Shown: positions 62,953 through 64,000 of the stretch, piece by piece
Numbering within the stretch: position 1 is the first letter of the stretch
Layout of the letters: the number at the start of each line of letters is the position of its first letter
DNA from: Octopus sinensis
Lineage: Eukaryota
NCBI RefSeq assembly: GCF_006345805.1
Contig: NC_043002.1
Span: 70,494,001-70,558,000, forward strand
Length of the DNA: 64,000 bases
Direction: 5' to 3'
The notes under the pieces: generated by a model
Database searches by the model: none
Seen by the model: the letters and a program-made list of their open reading frames with translations, nothing else
What the model was told of the DNA's origin: nothing
Program-made: the position numbers and the translations under genes

Positions 62953-64000
62953 ATGGACTATGAGTCTCTAACAGACTTGTCCACGACAGATGAGGAACTG
63001 GAACAGGCAATTGCAATGAAGCTGATGGAAGAAAAGCCTGGAGTTTTCGAGTCTTTATCAGACTTGTCTACGTCTGAGAGGGAGCTAGAAATGGCAGCAA
63101 GGAAATTGGAAGAGAAGCTGAGTTATACCTATGCCGGTGTAACCAAGAAGGCGGAAGAGAAAGGGGTCGACTTGGCCAAGCTACCAAGTTACCAGAAACA
63201 CATGAAAAAGGAAAGCGGTGAGGTGGAACTATCACCGACACCCAGGAGAAAAGAATGGTATGATAAGAGGACCATTGTTTACAGGGTGTTCGCAAACGAA
63301 AGGAAGAGGGTAGAAGTTGTAACCATGGAATGGATAGAGGAAGCCCTGCGAAGAACTGAGGAGGAAATAAATTTTCTGACTCGAGGATCCAAGTATGGGA
63401 CCGTAGTTGTGCACTTTAAAAGTGAATCTGCAGCGAGGAAGATGGCAGCGAAGGCGGTGAAGTCGGAAAAGGTAACACTGTTACCTACGTATTTAAACAG
63501 GAGGATTACACGAATAAGGGTGGAGGGAGTGCCACCAAACGTGGAGGCAGAATGGATTGTGGCGGCTGTGATCAGCGGCCACGAGGACGAAGTGGATATT
63601 CTCCATGCCTCGGTTAAGTCCGAGGGCTGGAGAGGCGTAACAGTGGAGCTGAACGTACAGGCAGAGACCGAGGTACTGGTGGACCTGACGGAAAGCATCA
63701 GACTGGGAGAAGTGATCATGAGAGTGTGGGTGGAGGGCAGGGCTCCACGTTGTTACAAGTGTGGCCTGAGGGGTCACATAAGAGCCTTCTGCCCTCCCCC
63801 AGGGAAAGAAATGGATCCCGAACCAGAGAGAGAGAAGCAGAAACCAGAGGAGAAGGAAACAGAGGAAGAGAATACACAGAAATGGAAGGAAGCTGGAAGT
63901 AAGAGGAAGAGAAGAATACGTGGAAAAGAAAATAATATGGAACTCCAATCCACCCCAAAACCACCCACGCCCTCTGAGTCCCACCCTATCCATGCAGACA
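62953..64000 (+). CDS. LINE ORF1-like protein, copy 8 (partial, runs off the window end)
   Basis: ATGGACTATGAG at 62953; open through the CCHC knuckle. Confidence 0.8.
   Translation, partial: MDYESLTDLSTTDEELEQAIAMKLMEEKPGVFESLSDLSTSERELEMAARKLEEKLSYTYAGVTKKAEEKGVDLAKLPSYQKHMKKESGEVELSPTPRRKEWYDKRTIVYRVFANERKRVEVVTMEWIEEALRRTEEEINFLTRGSKYGTVVVHFKSESAARKMAAKAVKSEKVTLLPTYLNRRITRIRVEGVPPNVEAEWIVAAVISGHEDEVDILHASVKSEGWRGVTVELNVQAETEVLVDLTESIRLGEVIMRVWVEGRAPRCYKCGLRGHIRAFCPPPGKEMDPEPEREKQKPEEKETEEENTQKWKEAGSKRKRRIRGKENNMELQSTPKPPTPSESHPIHAD

Larger units (their letters stand above)
50507..64000 (+). repeat. Head-to-tail tandem array of at least 8 ORF1-only L1/Tx1-like units (about 1745-1754 bp period); continues past the window end
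   Basis: Unit starts (AAAAACACGAACC) at about 50507, 52258, 54003, 55755, 57509, 59263, 61016 and 62766; each complete unit ends GCCCCTAGTGGGTAATAAAGAAAT. Confidence 0.97.

Noticed and set aside
51021-63993. Recurrent antisense ORFs (146, 183 and 189 aa) in each array unit
   Set aside because: They are shadows of the purine-rich sense ORF, repeat only because the units are near identical, and show no recognisable motifs.
50507-64000. HeT-A-like telomeric retrotransposon array (gag-only, head to tail)
   Set aside because: No telomeric repeats are visible, all units are full length with uniform junctions, and the 5' end rather than the 3' A tail faces the unique sequence, which is opposite to HeT-A polarity. 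It cannot be fully excluded without seeing the far end.
50507-64000. CRISPR array or LTR retrotransposon
   Set aside because: The DNA is eukaryotic, units are 1.75 kb with no unique spacers, and there are no TG...CA LTRs, primer-binding site, protease, RT or integrase.

Overview
Eukaryotic, AT-rich, microsatellite-dense genomic DNA. The SINE families and repeat style look like an octopus (cephalopod) genome; this is recognition from memory, not a database result. I found no convincing host protein-coding exon, and most ORFs in the supplied track are simple-repeat artefacts. Bases 1-50,200 are a patchwork of tRNA-derived SINEs, decayed LINE fragments (R4/Dong-like with a restriction-like endonuclease, L1/Tx1-like, CR1/L2-type RT), two Helitrons, a TIR (MITE-like) family, Penelope-like inverted repeats carrying hammerhead-ribozyme-like motifs, and a 100-N gap. 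From about 50,507 to the window end lies the main feature: a head-to-tail array of at least 8 near-identical ~1.75 kb units. Each unit has a structured CpG-rich 5' leader, one L1/Tx1-type ORF1 (RRM-like region plus a CCHC zinc knuckle; an intact 471-aa frame in 3 copies), a short 3' UTR and AATAAA, but no ORF2 (no endonuclease or RT). The array starts exactly 30 bp downstream of a TATA box, so the repeat unit appears to match a transcript. A decayed element at 28.3-30.1 kb carries a homologous ORF1 followed by an APE-endonuclease ORF2. This suggests the array units are ORF1-only (HAL1-like) derivatives of an L1/Tx1 lineage that were amplified in tandem.
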